Assembly (NCBI GenBank): GCA_010093815.1 | Contig: ML996565.1 | Reading direction: 5' to 3' (one strand) | DNA length: 64,000 nucleotides | Source: Pseudovirgaria hyperparasitica | Lineage: Eukaryota | Part shown: in pieces, positions 1 to 11,372 of the stretch | Layout of the letters: every line of letters starts with the position of its first letter | Numbering within the stretch: position 1 is the first letter of the stretch | Position numbers and translations under genes: made by a program | Notes under the pieces: model-generated | The model's input: only the letters and a program-made list of their open reading frames with translations | Told to the model about the DNA's origin: nothing | The model's database searches: none

Positions 1-2178
1 GACAAATGGATCATCAGGTTGGTTGTGGGCACCAGACATCCATGCCGGTGTGACGCCGTTGTAAGCCATCTCACTGTTGCTGCGTTGGCTGCTGTCGACC
101 GAGCTGTTGCGATTGTGGCCTCGCATGGCACGCTTCTTCTTGTAACGACGGGCAATGAAGAACATGGCAGCACCGTAGGCAGCAACACCTCCAATGGCAG
201 CGAAAGCAATGCCGACACTGCTTGCAACGACAGGAGACTTGGAACCAGCACCTCCGTCCATGGTCCCACTATCGTCACCAGTGCCGGAAGGGTTGGTAGG
301 GTCTGCGCTGTAAGGGTTGTTCGGGCTACCGCTGTCCGGAAGTTCTCCAGCTTGCAGTGGGATCGCAGTATTGATGACGTTCATTAGGTCCGCGACAGGC
401 TGCACATCGTTACTGTAAAGAGCCGACCTGGGTGTGTGAAGATCAATGTTTAGCTTGTCAAACATGTCACTTGGAATGTAGAACATGACCAAGGTCGTAA
501 CGTAGCCCATAGTACCGGTGGTGTCGTAAGGTCGGATAGAGTTCATAACGACTTGACCGTCCTTAAGCTTCAAACCATCTTTAACACCCTGTCCGAGGAA
601 GGAGAAGATCTGCATCGGTGACTCCGAGTTCCGTACTACGAATGGATAGTTCAGTTCTCGTTTGAACCCAATCTGAACCAGTGTCGAGTTTGCTGGAGGA
701 GTCGCCATACCGCCAGGAGGCTGAATGACTTTGGGCATTTCGGTTGGGATTCCAGAGGGAGTTGGAACGGGCTCGGTTCCGGAAGGCGTCGGGTCCATCC
801 AGATTGAAGTCTCGATGATCTGAGAGGTCAACGAGTTGGTACCGACGGGTGTTTGGGTCAAGACAAAAGTGGGTTGGGCGGTAGTGGCAGGTGGCTCGGA
901 AGGAGTAGCTTCGGAGGGAGTAGCTCCGGTAGTGTAAGCTCCTGTTGGGGTCGCTTCAGTTGGGAGGCTGTCGGACGGAGTGGCCTTTGAAGGAGTTGCC
1001 CCGGAGGGTGTAGCGTCCGTTGGGCTGGCTCCAGTGGGAGTGGCATCAGATGGCGTGGCGTCCGATGGTGTAGCCACACTCGTGCCAGGAGTGGGAACTC
1101 CGGTGGGAACATCACTGACTCCAGTGGACGGGCCAGTAATGCCAGGCGTAGGGGTGCCACCGGTGATTGGTGTCAGTAAACTCGTGAGTCCGGAGACGAT
1201 TGATGGGATCAGACCGCCGTCAGAGGTTGGGGTAGGAGAAGTGCCAGTCTCGGGGTTTGTGTAGTCGGCTGTTGGCGATGGGCTGCCTGGAAGAAGGGTG
1301 TCCAGAATCGAGCTCAAACCAGGAATGAGACCGGAAGGTGCTTGACTTGGTTCTGTTCCGATTGCAGAACTGAGGCCGACCGTGATGTCGCCGGAAGTAG
1401 GTACAGGCTCTGGGGTGGGAGTCGGCGTCAGAATTGGAGTCAAGATTGGACTCAGAATAGGGTCTAGAAGGCCACTATCCTCTGGGGTCGGCGAAGGGGT
1501 TGCGTAAGAAGCCGGGACTCCTCCAGTCGTTCCTACATCTGTAGGAATAGGCGTGGCAATTGGCGTCTCGACAGGCGTCTCTGCAGTTGACGGCTGTGGT
1601 AAAAGGTTCGTCAATATAGGATCAAGGAGGCCGGCTGATGACTGAGCTGGTGTCTCGACTGGAGTTTCTCCGCCATCAGATGAGACGGGTGCTGTGGTCG
1701 GGGTGAGAGGGCTCTCTGGGACACCACCGGTTGATCCGACGCTGCTACTAGGGGTTGGTTTGGGCAGAAGGGGCGAAAGAACAGGGCCGAGTAGACCACC
1801 GTCTGATTGTGACGACGGTGCCTCTCCACCGGACGACGACGGCTGCTGAGAGCCTGAAGGGGCGTCCGAGGGAGAATCGGAAGGGTTGTTTGAGGGTTTA
1901 TCAGAAGGAGTGTTGGAGGGCTCATCAGGATTGAGATTTAGCAGATCAGACAAAAAGCCGCCTCCAGTTTGCCGCGTGGTGACCTCTGGTGAGGTAGATG
2001 GATAGGCCACGGCGGGCTCGGTCACGTTTGGAAACTGACGTTTGACATGCCTCGGGAAGTAGTACCGTGGTTGAGCAGCGGTGTTGACAGCGGGGGCAGC
2101 TTCGGCCGTGGTCAGAAGTGGACCACAAAGCGTGGCCACGGCGACCGACATGGCCCAAATGGTTGTTGTAGTGCGCAT
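1..2178 (-). CDS. MSB2: Msb2/Hkr1-type signalling mucin (3' end runs off window)
   Basis: My translation from ATG 2178 is open to position 1 (missing from the ORF track). It shows a signal peptide MRTTTTIWAMSVAVATLCGPLLTTAEA, RYYFPRHVKRQ, a long S/T/P mucin region, an Hkr1/Msb2-type domain (LVQIGFKRELNYPFVV...QIFSFLGQGV...GYVTTLVMFYIP), a TM helix VGIAFAAIGGVAAYGAAMFFIA and a basic stop-transfer RRYKKKR. Confidence 0.88.
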   Translation of the reverse strand, partial: MRTTTTIWAMSVAVATLCGPLLTTAEAAPAVNTAAQPRYYFPRHVKRQFPNVTEPAVAYPSTSPEVTTRQTGGGFLSDLLNLNPDEPSNTPSDKPSNNPSDSPSDAPSGSQQPSSSGGEAPSSQSDGGLLGPVLSPLLPKPTPSSSVGSTGGVPESPLTPTTAPVSSDGGETPVETPAQSSAGLLDPILTNLLPQPSTAETPVETPIATPIPTDVGTTGGVPASYATPSPTPEDSGLLDPILSPILTPILTPTPTPEPVPTSGDITVGLSSAIGTEPSQAPSGLIPGLSSILDTLLPGSPSPTADYTNPETGTSPTPTSDGGLIPSIVSGLTSLLTPITGGTPTPGITGPSTGVSDVPTGVPTPGTSVATPSDATPSDATPTGASPTDATPSGATPSKATPSDSLPTEATPTGAYTTGATPSEATPSEPPATTAQPTFVLTQTPVGTNSLTSQIIETSIWMDPTPSGTEPVPTPSGIPTEMPKVIQPPGGMATPPANSTLVQIGFKRELNYPFVVRNSESPMQIFSFLGQGVKDGLKLKDGQVVMNSIRPYDTTGTMGYVTTLVMFYIPSDMFDKLNIDLHTPRSALYSNDVQPVADLMNVINTAIPLQAGELPDSGSPNNPYSADPTNPSGTGDDSGTMDGGAGSKSPVVASSVGIAFAAIGGVAAYGAAMFFIARRYKKKRAMRGHNRNSSVDSSQRSNSEMAYNGVTPAWMSGAHNQPDDPFV

Positions 2179-3892
2179 TGTCTAGTAATTAAAATCCTAC
2201 TATTTTGGTGGTGGTACCGATGAAACGGGTAGGACGGTATAAGTCTGCATGGGTTAGGGTTTTGTGGTGAAAGAAGTCGAACGACGTACCCTTTCAAGTA
2301 TGGTATAAAAGAGTGAAACTGACGAGTCAGGGAACAATGAGTGGCTCTGATAAAGTGTGTTAGCAGAACTCTCTGGCTGCGCACAATACTGCGCGTCGAA
2401 TGGATGAGACGTACAGACTGACGGTGCAGCTATGATACCAACGCTTTCCGCGAAAAATGGCGCGCGACGTTACAGGGATCGATTTTCAAGACTACTAGCA
2501 ACACAACATCGTCCAAGCCGTAGAATGTAATGCGAGTAGGTCTAGAGCAGAGGCTGCGCGATAGTGATGCTCGTTGCAGGCACACAAAGGTCCACGAAGG
2601 CTGATGTTCAAAGTTGTGTGGTGTATCCTTGAGGACAAATGACGGGTCGATCAATTGTCTAATTCCAAACACAGCCAGCCAACAAGTACTGCAAGTAATT
2701 CTGATACCTTTTTCGCAAGCCAATGCCCCCTCGAACTGTGGTATCGATTGCGGATTGTAGGAAGAAAGCGAAGCGGAGATGGCGAGCGTTGGACAATCGA
2801 CCGAAATGAACGGCAGTCGGTTTCCTCGGCGAATTAAAGAATGGCAGTCCGATCAAGAAAACCTCCACGATAGATGTCGCAAAAGATCGAGAGGAACTGA
2901 AAGGTATCGCAACGATGCAAAGAGTGGCAGATGTTTTGAGCTTAACGAATGTGGGCCAGCGATTGAGTTGAGAGAAGACGCTGGAGGAGGAGGAGTAGGA
3001 GAAGGAGAAGGAAGAGGAGGCTCGAACGGCAGACTGGAGGCACTATAGGGAAAAAGCGAATGCAGTCGAAGCGGGAGAGGCTTAGTTAGTATCGAGCAGC
3101 TCAGTCGGGGCGGAATGGCGGAGGTAGAGGATGAAGGTAGTGAGAAAGGTAAGATGGCGGCGTAGTAGGAAGCGGAAGAGGAAAAGGGACAGCGGTAGTA
3201 GCAAGGTGGAGGTAGTAGTGTGGTGGTAGTATGTAGGGAGCGCAGGTAAGTGACAAGACAGGAACGGGCAGTAGTGAGCAGTGGGTTGAGATGAGAATTC
3301 TTCTTTTGGGGGGGGGGAGGGGGTGTGCGAGGTGCGAGAGGTGCGAGGGAGGGCGGCGTAGGGAGCAACAGAGGGAACAGCAGAGGGAGCAATACAGTAA
3401 TTAGCGGGTGGACGGTGGGTAGACGGTAGCAGGACGGCGGGCGTTCCAGCTGCCAAACGACCTCAACTGGGCAAGGCGCGCGTATATGTTAGACTGGCTA
3501 CCTAGCTAGTGGCTTTTTAAGAAGCAGTCATGGGTTTCCCAACTGGTGGTAGCCAACCCACCTTAGAGAGGAGCCACCTATCACCTTAAGGGCAGATTAT
3601 CTACTCACCTACAGTACTAAGGTATCATGTAAGGTATACATACATACATATCTACGCAAACACGCCGACTGACAGCACATTTCTCCCTCATCTTCATCGT
3701 CAACGTCAACGTCAATGCCCTTACCTATGTGGCCACCATCAATCCCTCTACTGTATCTGTCAATCTTGCAAAGACATGCCATGCTCACCCAACTTCCAAT
3801 ACCAGACTCCCTGCATTAGCTACATACGCCCACAAACAAGGGCAGCCGCACTTGCAACCGCGCGCAGGGATGGTGAGAGCAAAGACAGCAAG

Positions 3893-4002
3893 CAGAGTCA
3901 GAGTCAGAGTTGGATCAGAGTCAGAGTTGGATCAGAGTCAGAGTTGGATCAGAGTCAGAGTTGGATCAGAGTCAGATTAGAGTCAGAGTCAGTCAGTCAG
4001 AG
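3893..4002. repeat. Minisatellite, about 4 copies of 17-bp TCAGAGTCAGAGTTGGA built from CAGAGT hexamers
   Basis: Directly visible tandem units with no spacers. Confidence 0.9.
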
Positions 4003-6741
4003 TATATTAGCAGACATTCTTCACCTGCAGCTTGCAGACAGACTGTGCCTCTTTATTCCGCGCATGCACGACTCGTTGTTCAATGTCTTCAATCTTTGAA
4101 GCCTGAAAGGCATGTTGTTGGAGCTCTGGCCCAGCACTCCTTGCGTGATAGCTCAGCCGCGAGACAACAGATCAATTTGGCTAAAGCAAATTGCACGTCT
4201 TAATTAGTATTAGTTAGGACATCGGATGAGCTGGATTTCGCGAGCATGAGGCTGGAACAGGTCAATAGTCTTGTCGACCGTCGAGTTATGCGAGGTGATG
4301 GGATGGATGCAAGTAAGTTCGATAGTTCGCAGGCGTCCTGGACGGTCTCGGATTGGGAGCAGTGGACTGGCTCCTTAGACATGCTAGCTCAGGTACAGCC
4401 AGCCCGAAAGTAGACTCCAGAATGCATCTGCATCACATCCCCCCAGACATCCACGACCGTCGACGGGCATTTTCCCACGATGCATCCGACTTTAGCCAAC
4501 ATTATAGCCCTCATTCTCCGACCGGTCAGTGGGGCTTTGGGCTTTCTTGCGTGGCATTCGCGGCATATTTTCTTTGTTGGCCGTGGGCGTCTCGCTGTTC
4601 AGTGACTAAACAATCAACATCATCTGGCGTACAACACAACACTGGGCATTTCCTCTCTCCTCATCATGACAGATATGCTGAATACCTATGACAGATGGAT
4701 GTGCGCCATACTTATTTTTGTGGAGGAGGAGCAGCAGTCGGTTTGCGGGCACCGTTGAAGCACGGCGGGGCGGTACAAGGAGGACCCAGGCAGCCCAAAG
4801 CAGAGGGGAATAGGGATTCCTGGAGAAGGAGGAAAGGGGAAATCTCATCAACCAACAGCACAGCCAGCAAGTACCCAGCACCACTTGCACTGAGAACCAG
4901 GCACAAGGCACCAGGCAGAAGACAAGACAAGACCAAACAAGACTATACAAGGGACGGCCATGTGCAATTTCAGCATCCAATTAATTAAACCTTGGTTCCT
5001 GCATCCTTGCCTTGGGTCTGACTGGTTGCATTCGCGTCTGGGCAACTGTCCAAGACTTCCAAGGCGGCGCCAGGGGCCCTGTTTCGCGCCCACAACAAAC
5101 TGCAAGACTTTGGGGGGGGCTTATTAGCGCAGCCACGCAATATCCCTCCGCCATATCCTGTTGTCACTGTCTACGCGGGCCATCATTCTCACACTCCCTA
5201 GCGGACAGTACGTATTTGTTATTCATTGCTGGTTAGTCGCTTTGCGCGTGAAAGTTCGGACAGCTCATCATCATCATATTTGCCACTTTTCCGGCCATGT
5301 CATCGAGGGGGAGAGAAGTTAGAACTGAGAAGACTATCCTATCCCCTCTCCTTCTCAGCTGACCAGCCTGTGCCCTGACCACTGGCAGTGAGCGATTGTG
5401 TGTGACGCTGGCAGGGGCTGTTGGCTGCTTGTGCTTTGCTTGTGCTTGCGGTCTATTCCAGATTCCAACGTTGCGCTACCGTGGGAGAGAACACACTCCC
5501 TGTCCCCAGATGGTTGTCGTACACTGTACACAGAACTGGACACTGGACACTAATTAGGCTGGACACTGTGCTGCTGGTGAGAATCAGTTAATGACCGTCT
5601 GTGTCGACTGCTCGGCGTGCCCTTCTGGAACCGTCATCGTCTTGGTCTAGTTCTTCGTCGCCGTCTCCTGACAGAAAGCACTAGAGGCGCTGACATTGCT
5701 TAGACTTTGGCTCTCTGGAACTCTGTTTGGTGATGCCAATGAACAAACGGATGAATGAATGAAAGAAGCAATGAATGAATATTCGATCTCGTGGCGGCAC
5801 AGCATCTAATAATTAATCATATCAGGCTGGCCATCCATTATTATTACCTATTTTCTAGGAACGAACGATTCAAGAAACCTTTTTGCTAGGTATGTACTCT
5901 ACTCGTGCATCCTCCCTGCTCCGAATAAACTCCCCCGCTACGCCCCCCGTTTCCGGAATCCGCTAAATACTAACTATCTTACTCCCTTACCACCTTCTTG
6001 TCTGCCGAAATTAAAATCTCATTTCCAAATTCCTCCTCGTGCGTTCTGCCGATCCCGAGAATGAATCTGTAACATATCAGATTTCCCTCGTTTTGGGTTC
6101 TCTGGATCGTCCTTTTCTATTTTTGTGACATGCCTTTAATGGCACATTTTTGGCTGTTTATCGATTGTGCGCGCTTTTTTTGGACGTTCATTTCGCGTCT
6201 TTGCGTCGAACAGCTGTTTGTTCACTTTCGCCTTGGCCGTACACCTCTCTCCTCTTACTCTTACCATTCGCGATGTTATTCATGCTTCATCATCATCAAG
6301 TCAATCCATTCCATCCATGTTTTCAGAAATTACATACCTCTCATCTCCAAGAGATTAAAAATCAATCAATCCGGCGGTTCGTTCCCACCTTGCCTCCACA
6401 TCGCTCGAACACCCATCCCCCTACTTACTTCCTCACGCGCCGTTTCAGGATGCTGTAGCGTCCTGCGTACCATGTCGTGCAGACTCGCTCTGTCTCTCTC
6501 TCTACTCTGTCTTTCTGTCTCTTGTTCCGCTCTCTAGAGTCTATAGACTCTAGATTCTCGCCTTCTTCTTTGACGTCTAAACGGATCCGTCGCCTCGTGT
6601 CACCACCTTCACCACCCCGAGCCAGTATCGGGCTCTTTCCGCGATGTGACGGGCTACTGTACGACATCTCACCTCTTGCGCGCCCGTTCTCGGTCGAGCG
6701 AGTGGGCGAACACACAGCTTGTGCTCGCCCAGTTCTTCTTT

Positions 6742-6826
6742 CATCCATCCCATCCATCCATCCATCCATCCATCCATCCATCCCTAGCCGTTCATTCATA
6801 CATACATACGTACGTACGTACGTACG
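6742..6826. repeat. Compound microsatellite (CATC)n followed by (CATA)n(CGTA)n
   Basis: Directly visible tandem tetranucleotides. Confidence 0.9.
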
Positions 6827-7240
6827 ACCAGCAATCCGATCCCAACGAACAGAATTACAAAATCGTATCAACCATCACAATCCGCCCGTCTTCATCATCC
6901 AGTCATCCATATCTCATCTACGTAAACACATTAAATAACAGCAGTACCACCACACCCCCACAATCAATCCCCCAGCCCCACTCCCTTCGATCATATTCCA
7001 GAAGCCACACAACCTGAAACAAGGGGGACCACTTGGCTCTAAATCCCTCGCCCCCGCTATGTATAGTCGCGCAACCTTTCGCAGTTGCGATTGCGTGACT
7101 GTGCTGGACTGTGCTGGACTGGACCGGACTTGTGATTGTGATTGTGATTTTGATTGGGTGTGGTGGTGTGTGAACGCTTGCTCTGTGCTGATAGGTGTGT
7201 CTTGTGGGTTTATTGGTGTCTTTTGTGTGTCTTTCTGTGT

Positions 7241-7275
7241 GCTGCTGCCGCTGCTGCTGCTGCTGCTGCTGCTGC
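7241..7275. repeat. (GCT)n trinucleotide microsatellite
   Basis: About 11 units with one interruption. Confidence 0.9.
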
Positions 7276-7926
7276 GGATACGTGCTGGTGATGCGAAGAC
7301 TATGGCATGCTCCACCACCCAACTGTGGGCCTTGAGATCAGTCACATTGAAGTTGATAAAACTCATATCTGCGCATACATGTGAAGTCACTTATCCTGCA
7401 TATCTGCATATCGGTCTGATCTTGATTAGATAAAGACGGTGACCAACGGCTTAGTAGTAGTTTATTCTATCATAGAATATACTCTATTATTCTATCTAGC
7501 TATACTACTATCTATCTATTCTGTTCTTATAGGGTCTATCTATTTTCTTTTATATTATATGAATCATATATATATTGATGAATTTTACCATGTTAAATCA
7601 ACCTGAAACTAAGCCAGTAGTAATTAGTTCATTTAGTAGGGCTTGCCTCCACCTGTTATTGACTAGCGTTGCCTATGAACCAATCGCCTCTCGTGTGCTG
7701 ATTTGGAGTGATCAACGATATTGAACTTTTTGACTTCAACCCGTCAGTTCCGCCAGTTTCGATTCCGCCGCCTCGCCCATGCCAAATTCCTGACGTCTCG
7801 TAGGATCAGTAGAGCGTATCCCGGTTTGATCCCTTCCACTCCCGACTGTATCCTGCCATCGCAGCCTGCCCTCCTTCGGCGAATCCGAAGCTGATTTCAT
7901 ACAAGAAGAAGAATACGAATGCTGCA

Positions 7927-8802
7927 ATGTTTGGGCTCGCTCAATGTGCGCTAGGGTTTGCTCGAAGTGTCGTCCTCTGGCTTACTAGAAATATTCGGTG
8001 GCTTGCTGCGGCTGGAATAAACTGGCCTACCTATCGAATCGACGCTCCGCTTGTAAAGTCTCTTGAAGACCTGCAGACACATTGCAATCATAACACGATC
8101 GATGGCGATGGCAATATAGAGTTTTCGTACTCTACATTCTCCTTTATCACCAAGGAACATACCGTCTATTGCGGCCGATCATTAGTGAAGAAGCTCACTC
8201 TTGAGATTGTTAATGAGAGTTTGGAACTGGTTGCTGATAAGGACGTGTATCCAGAAGCGCCGTCACATATAACAAGGGTTACGACGATAGGCAGCGGTGC
8301 CTTTATTAAAGGGCCAGCACTCACATTTTACGAGGAACTCAGAGGCTCAGAGAAGATAGCACAGATACTCTTACAGGAAGCTGAGATGCTAGAGCAAATA
8401 CAGCGTAACCCCCACCCTAATATTATTCGGTATCATGGCTGCCAGGTCTATCGAGGTCGTATTACTGGCCTGGTTTTAGAACGTTATCCTTTCACACTGG
8501 AGGAACGAATGCGTAATGGTGGCGGTGATCTCAACTTGGCAGTAGGCTTTGACGGACTGAAGTCTGGGGTAATGCACCTCCATTCTCTCGGGCTTGCTCA
8601 CAACGATATTAAGGCGAGCAACGTTATGGTTGGTATGGACGGCGCATGGATCCTGGTAGATATTGGCTCTTGCCGGCCATTCGGCGATCATCTCATTATG
8701 GCACGTCAACCAGAGTGGGAGACTTCATCACAACAGCATGACACGGATGCACTAAGTGAACCTTGGAGTTGGCTAATGGATCGCAAGGCAACAAGCGTTT
8801 GA
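7927..8802 (+). CDS. Small intronless protein kinase-like protein
   Basis: AFIK (ATP lysine), EAEMLE (helix C), HPNIIRYHGC, LHSLGLAHNDIKASNV catalytic loop, LVDIGSC (DFG equivalent). The C-lobe is very short and the true start is uncertain. Confidence 0.82.
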   Translation: MFGLAQCALGFARSVVLWLTRNIRWLAAAGINWPTYRIDAPLVKSLEDLQTHCNHNTIDGDGNIEFSYSTFSFITKEHTVYCGRSLVKKLTLEIVNESLELVADKDVYPEAPSHITRVTTIGSGAFIKGPALTFYEELRGSEKIAQILLQEAEMLEQIQRNPHPNIIRYHGCQVYRGRITGLVLERYPFTLEERMRNGGGDLNLAVGFDGLKSGVMHLHSLGLAHNDIKASNVMVGMDGAWILVDIGSCRPFGDHLIMARQPEWETSSQQHDTDALSEPWSWLMDRKATSV

Positions 8803-8929
8803 GTGGAGGCCGGTCTGAATTGCAGTTGCTGTCGACCACAGTCACTTCTCTTCTGATATCACTGCCAGTGACCTGGATGATATACGTGCTTCTTCGATGA
8901 CACCTTATCTTCATTAGCTTCTTCAGCAA

Positions 8930-9870
8930 TAGCTGCTAGATACGACGCACATGATAATAGCCTGTAGAAAACAACCTGGTGATTAGGGTTATCTGAATAA
9001 TTTTAAGGTTATTCGATATAGCTAAGGTGGTTCGGAAGATGTTGAGAGATGCATATCTATCTACTTTTATACTATAGCCTACGCTCTTAGGGCGTGTTAG
9101 ATAAGAAGGCCTAGATATAATCTAAGTATAAGCTTAGACTAGTACTCTATGTATAGTTAACGGAATTGGTATACTAGATTATTGAAGCCTACGTACGTAC
9201 GTTAGATAGAGTATAGTTTCTTAGAATATTATATCTAGAGAGGGTTATAGATATACTACTAGCGTTAGAGTAGAAGAGTCGAATATAGATATAGATATAG
9301 ATATGGATATAGATATAGATATAGATATAGATATAGACATAGATATAGATATAGATATAGATGTAGATATAGATAGCTACGATAATAGATATCGCGGTCA
9401 TGTATTATACTACTAGTACTTCTTCTACTTCTCTTATATACGTATGGTTTTAGTGTACATAGATAGTAATATACCTTATACCACGAGAGAATCTTCAAAC
9501 TAGTATAAGTACACGTCCGGTTCAATAACTATGTATGCTAAGTTATATAATAAACCACGAACCATTCCTTGACCGAGCTCTAGCATAGAGAATCTTATGT
9601 CCCTATATATGATATGTAGTAGCGTAGCATAGTATGATAAATATTGAAGCATAGTATGATAAATATTGAAGCATAATAGATAAGATAAATATATATGCTT
9701 TTCTATGATATCCCCTTTCTCCATTATACAGGGCTATTAGATATATAGATATAAGGCGACTCTATACTAAGTGCGTAATGTCTAACTCGTATATGATTTG
9801 ACTCCTTGTGACTGGTGCAGCATGATATATATACTTATATCTAGCTTAGAGATAGAGAGACTTGGAAAGT
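8930..9870. mobile_element. AT-rich, RIP-like degenerate repeat relic (element type unidentifiable)
   Basis: Strong excess of TpA/TAG/CTA, few CpA/TpG, no credible ORF. A similar patch lies at about 7440-7640. Confidence 0.5.
9283..9376. repeat. (ATATAG)n hexanucleotide microsatellite
   Basis: About 15 slightly imperfect tandem units. Confidence 0.92.
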
Positions 9871-11372
9871 CTAAGGCGGTAAAGAGAGAGGGAGAGCTAG
9901 AAAGGTCTCACTCCTTACTCACACCACAACCCAAACATACACAATCAAACTCCATTATCACAATATCCATGACAGCGGCATCCTCGGTATACCGATACAA
10001 CTCTCGTAGACAACGAAGAATTGAGATTTTGATCAGTAGAATCGATCCTTCATAACAATCTTCCCGTTATAGCGATGCGTGCGATTGACGTGGCCATAGT
10101 TTATATCTTTTCATTATCATAGGATTTGATCGTACCAACTTTGAATCACTTAGCTGTATACTCCTCACAGCCTCAACATCTTCACGCTACGAATTCGTCT
10201 ACACGCGCTGGAAACGCACAGGTCAACAGACAGACAGCCTAACACCTGGTTGTCGTGGTTATGGTTATATCAGTCGAGGTAGTGCGGTACGGTCCGCGCC
10301 TGAACTTGGCCTGGATGGAGGGATGGATGCATGGATGTGATTAGGGACTACGTAAGTTGGCGATTGCGGGATGGACGGCGGTGGTGTGTGTTAGAGGTCA
10401 GGGGTCAGAGTGGTAGGACAGGATAGGACGGGATGGGATGAGAGTGTATAATATGGTTTGTCTTGGACTTTATATGATATGATGGGATTTTCATTTGTAT
10501 GTGCTCAAGCCCTGATTATATAGATCTACGTTTAAGAAGGTACCTTCTTTACTTATCAATTTACCGAGAAAGAGAAGGACAGGTCCAATGGATGCGATCG
10601 ATCTAGTGTAGCCGACGTACATGGATTGGAGAACTGTATGTCCTTAACCACACACTCACAAATCAAAGACAGATATAAGTCACCCCTGTGTGTGCGTCAC
10701 TCGCGACATCCAGAGTAGTACATGTATGTATGTCCTTAACTATGTACACCCACTCTTGCGTGCCACGGGCATCTCATCTCGAACAATCCGGGCATCCATA
10801 GCTCCGCAATAAAAACCCAGCAGTCATCAACAAAGTCCGCAATGCACAGCGGCATCATGACGACATCCAGCCAGGTTCCGGGGTCGAGAGATGCCCCAGT
10901 ATATAAAGTTCTTACCTAGCCTAGCCATGCCACCGATGCTTCTGACAGCCAAGCCAAGCAAGCCGCAAGCCCCCCGATAGCCATAGAGGCTCTGATTGGT
11001 AGCCCGGATTCTCGCTATTGCATAAGTGGAATAGTAGCCCCTGTTTTCTTGCTTTGGCGAGGGCCGCTCTTACAAGACCCTTGAACCCTCTTTCCCGTCT
11101 GACGTCCATGTTCTATCCTTCTTCTTTTGCTCGACCTACGAATACGGGAAATACATCGTGTGTGTACGACCCTTTCTGTGATGGAGAAGATGTGTTCGTC
11201 TTGTCTATGTTATTGATCTCGCAACGTAACGATTGCAGGTTTGAGACTGCGTTAGGGTAGCTGTTGTGCGGGAAAGTGCGAAGGTCTGGCTCTTCCACGT
11301 GCACAAGGATCGCAGTCCACTCCCGTTCGCACTTTTCCACACTACCGGGCAATATCTACTCGCGGGCGCAGC

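Noticed and set aside
19..2158. Short ORFs listed over the MSB2 region, and similar shadow ORFs over Rad4, Nup170 and the kinase
   Set aside because: They are antisense or off-frame shadows of longer, motif-supported genes.
3893..4002. CRISPR-like array
   Set aside because: The units are directly adjacent with no unique spacers, there are no cas genes, and the context is eukaryotic. It is a simple minisatellite.
9189..9525. YI/YL-repeat ORFs
   Set aside because: They are translations of the (ATATAG)n microsatellite.
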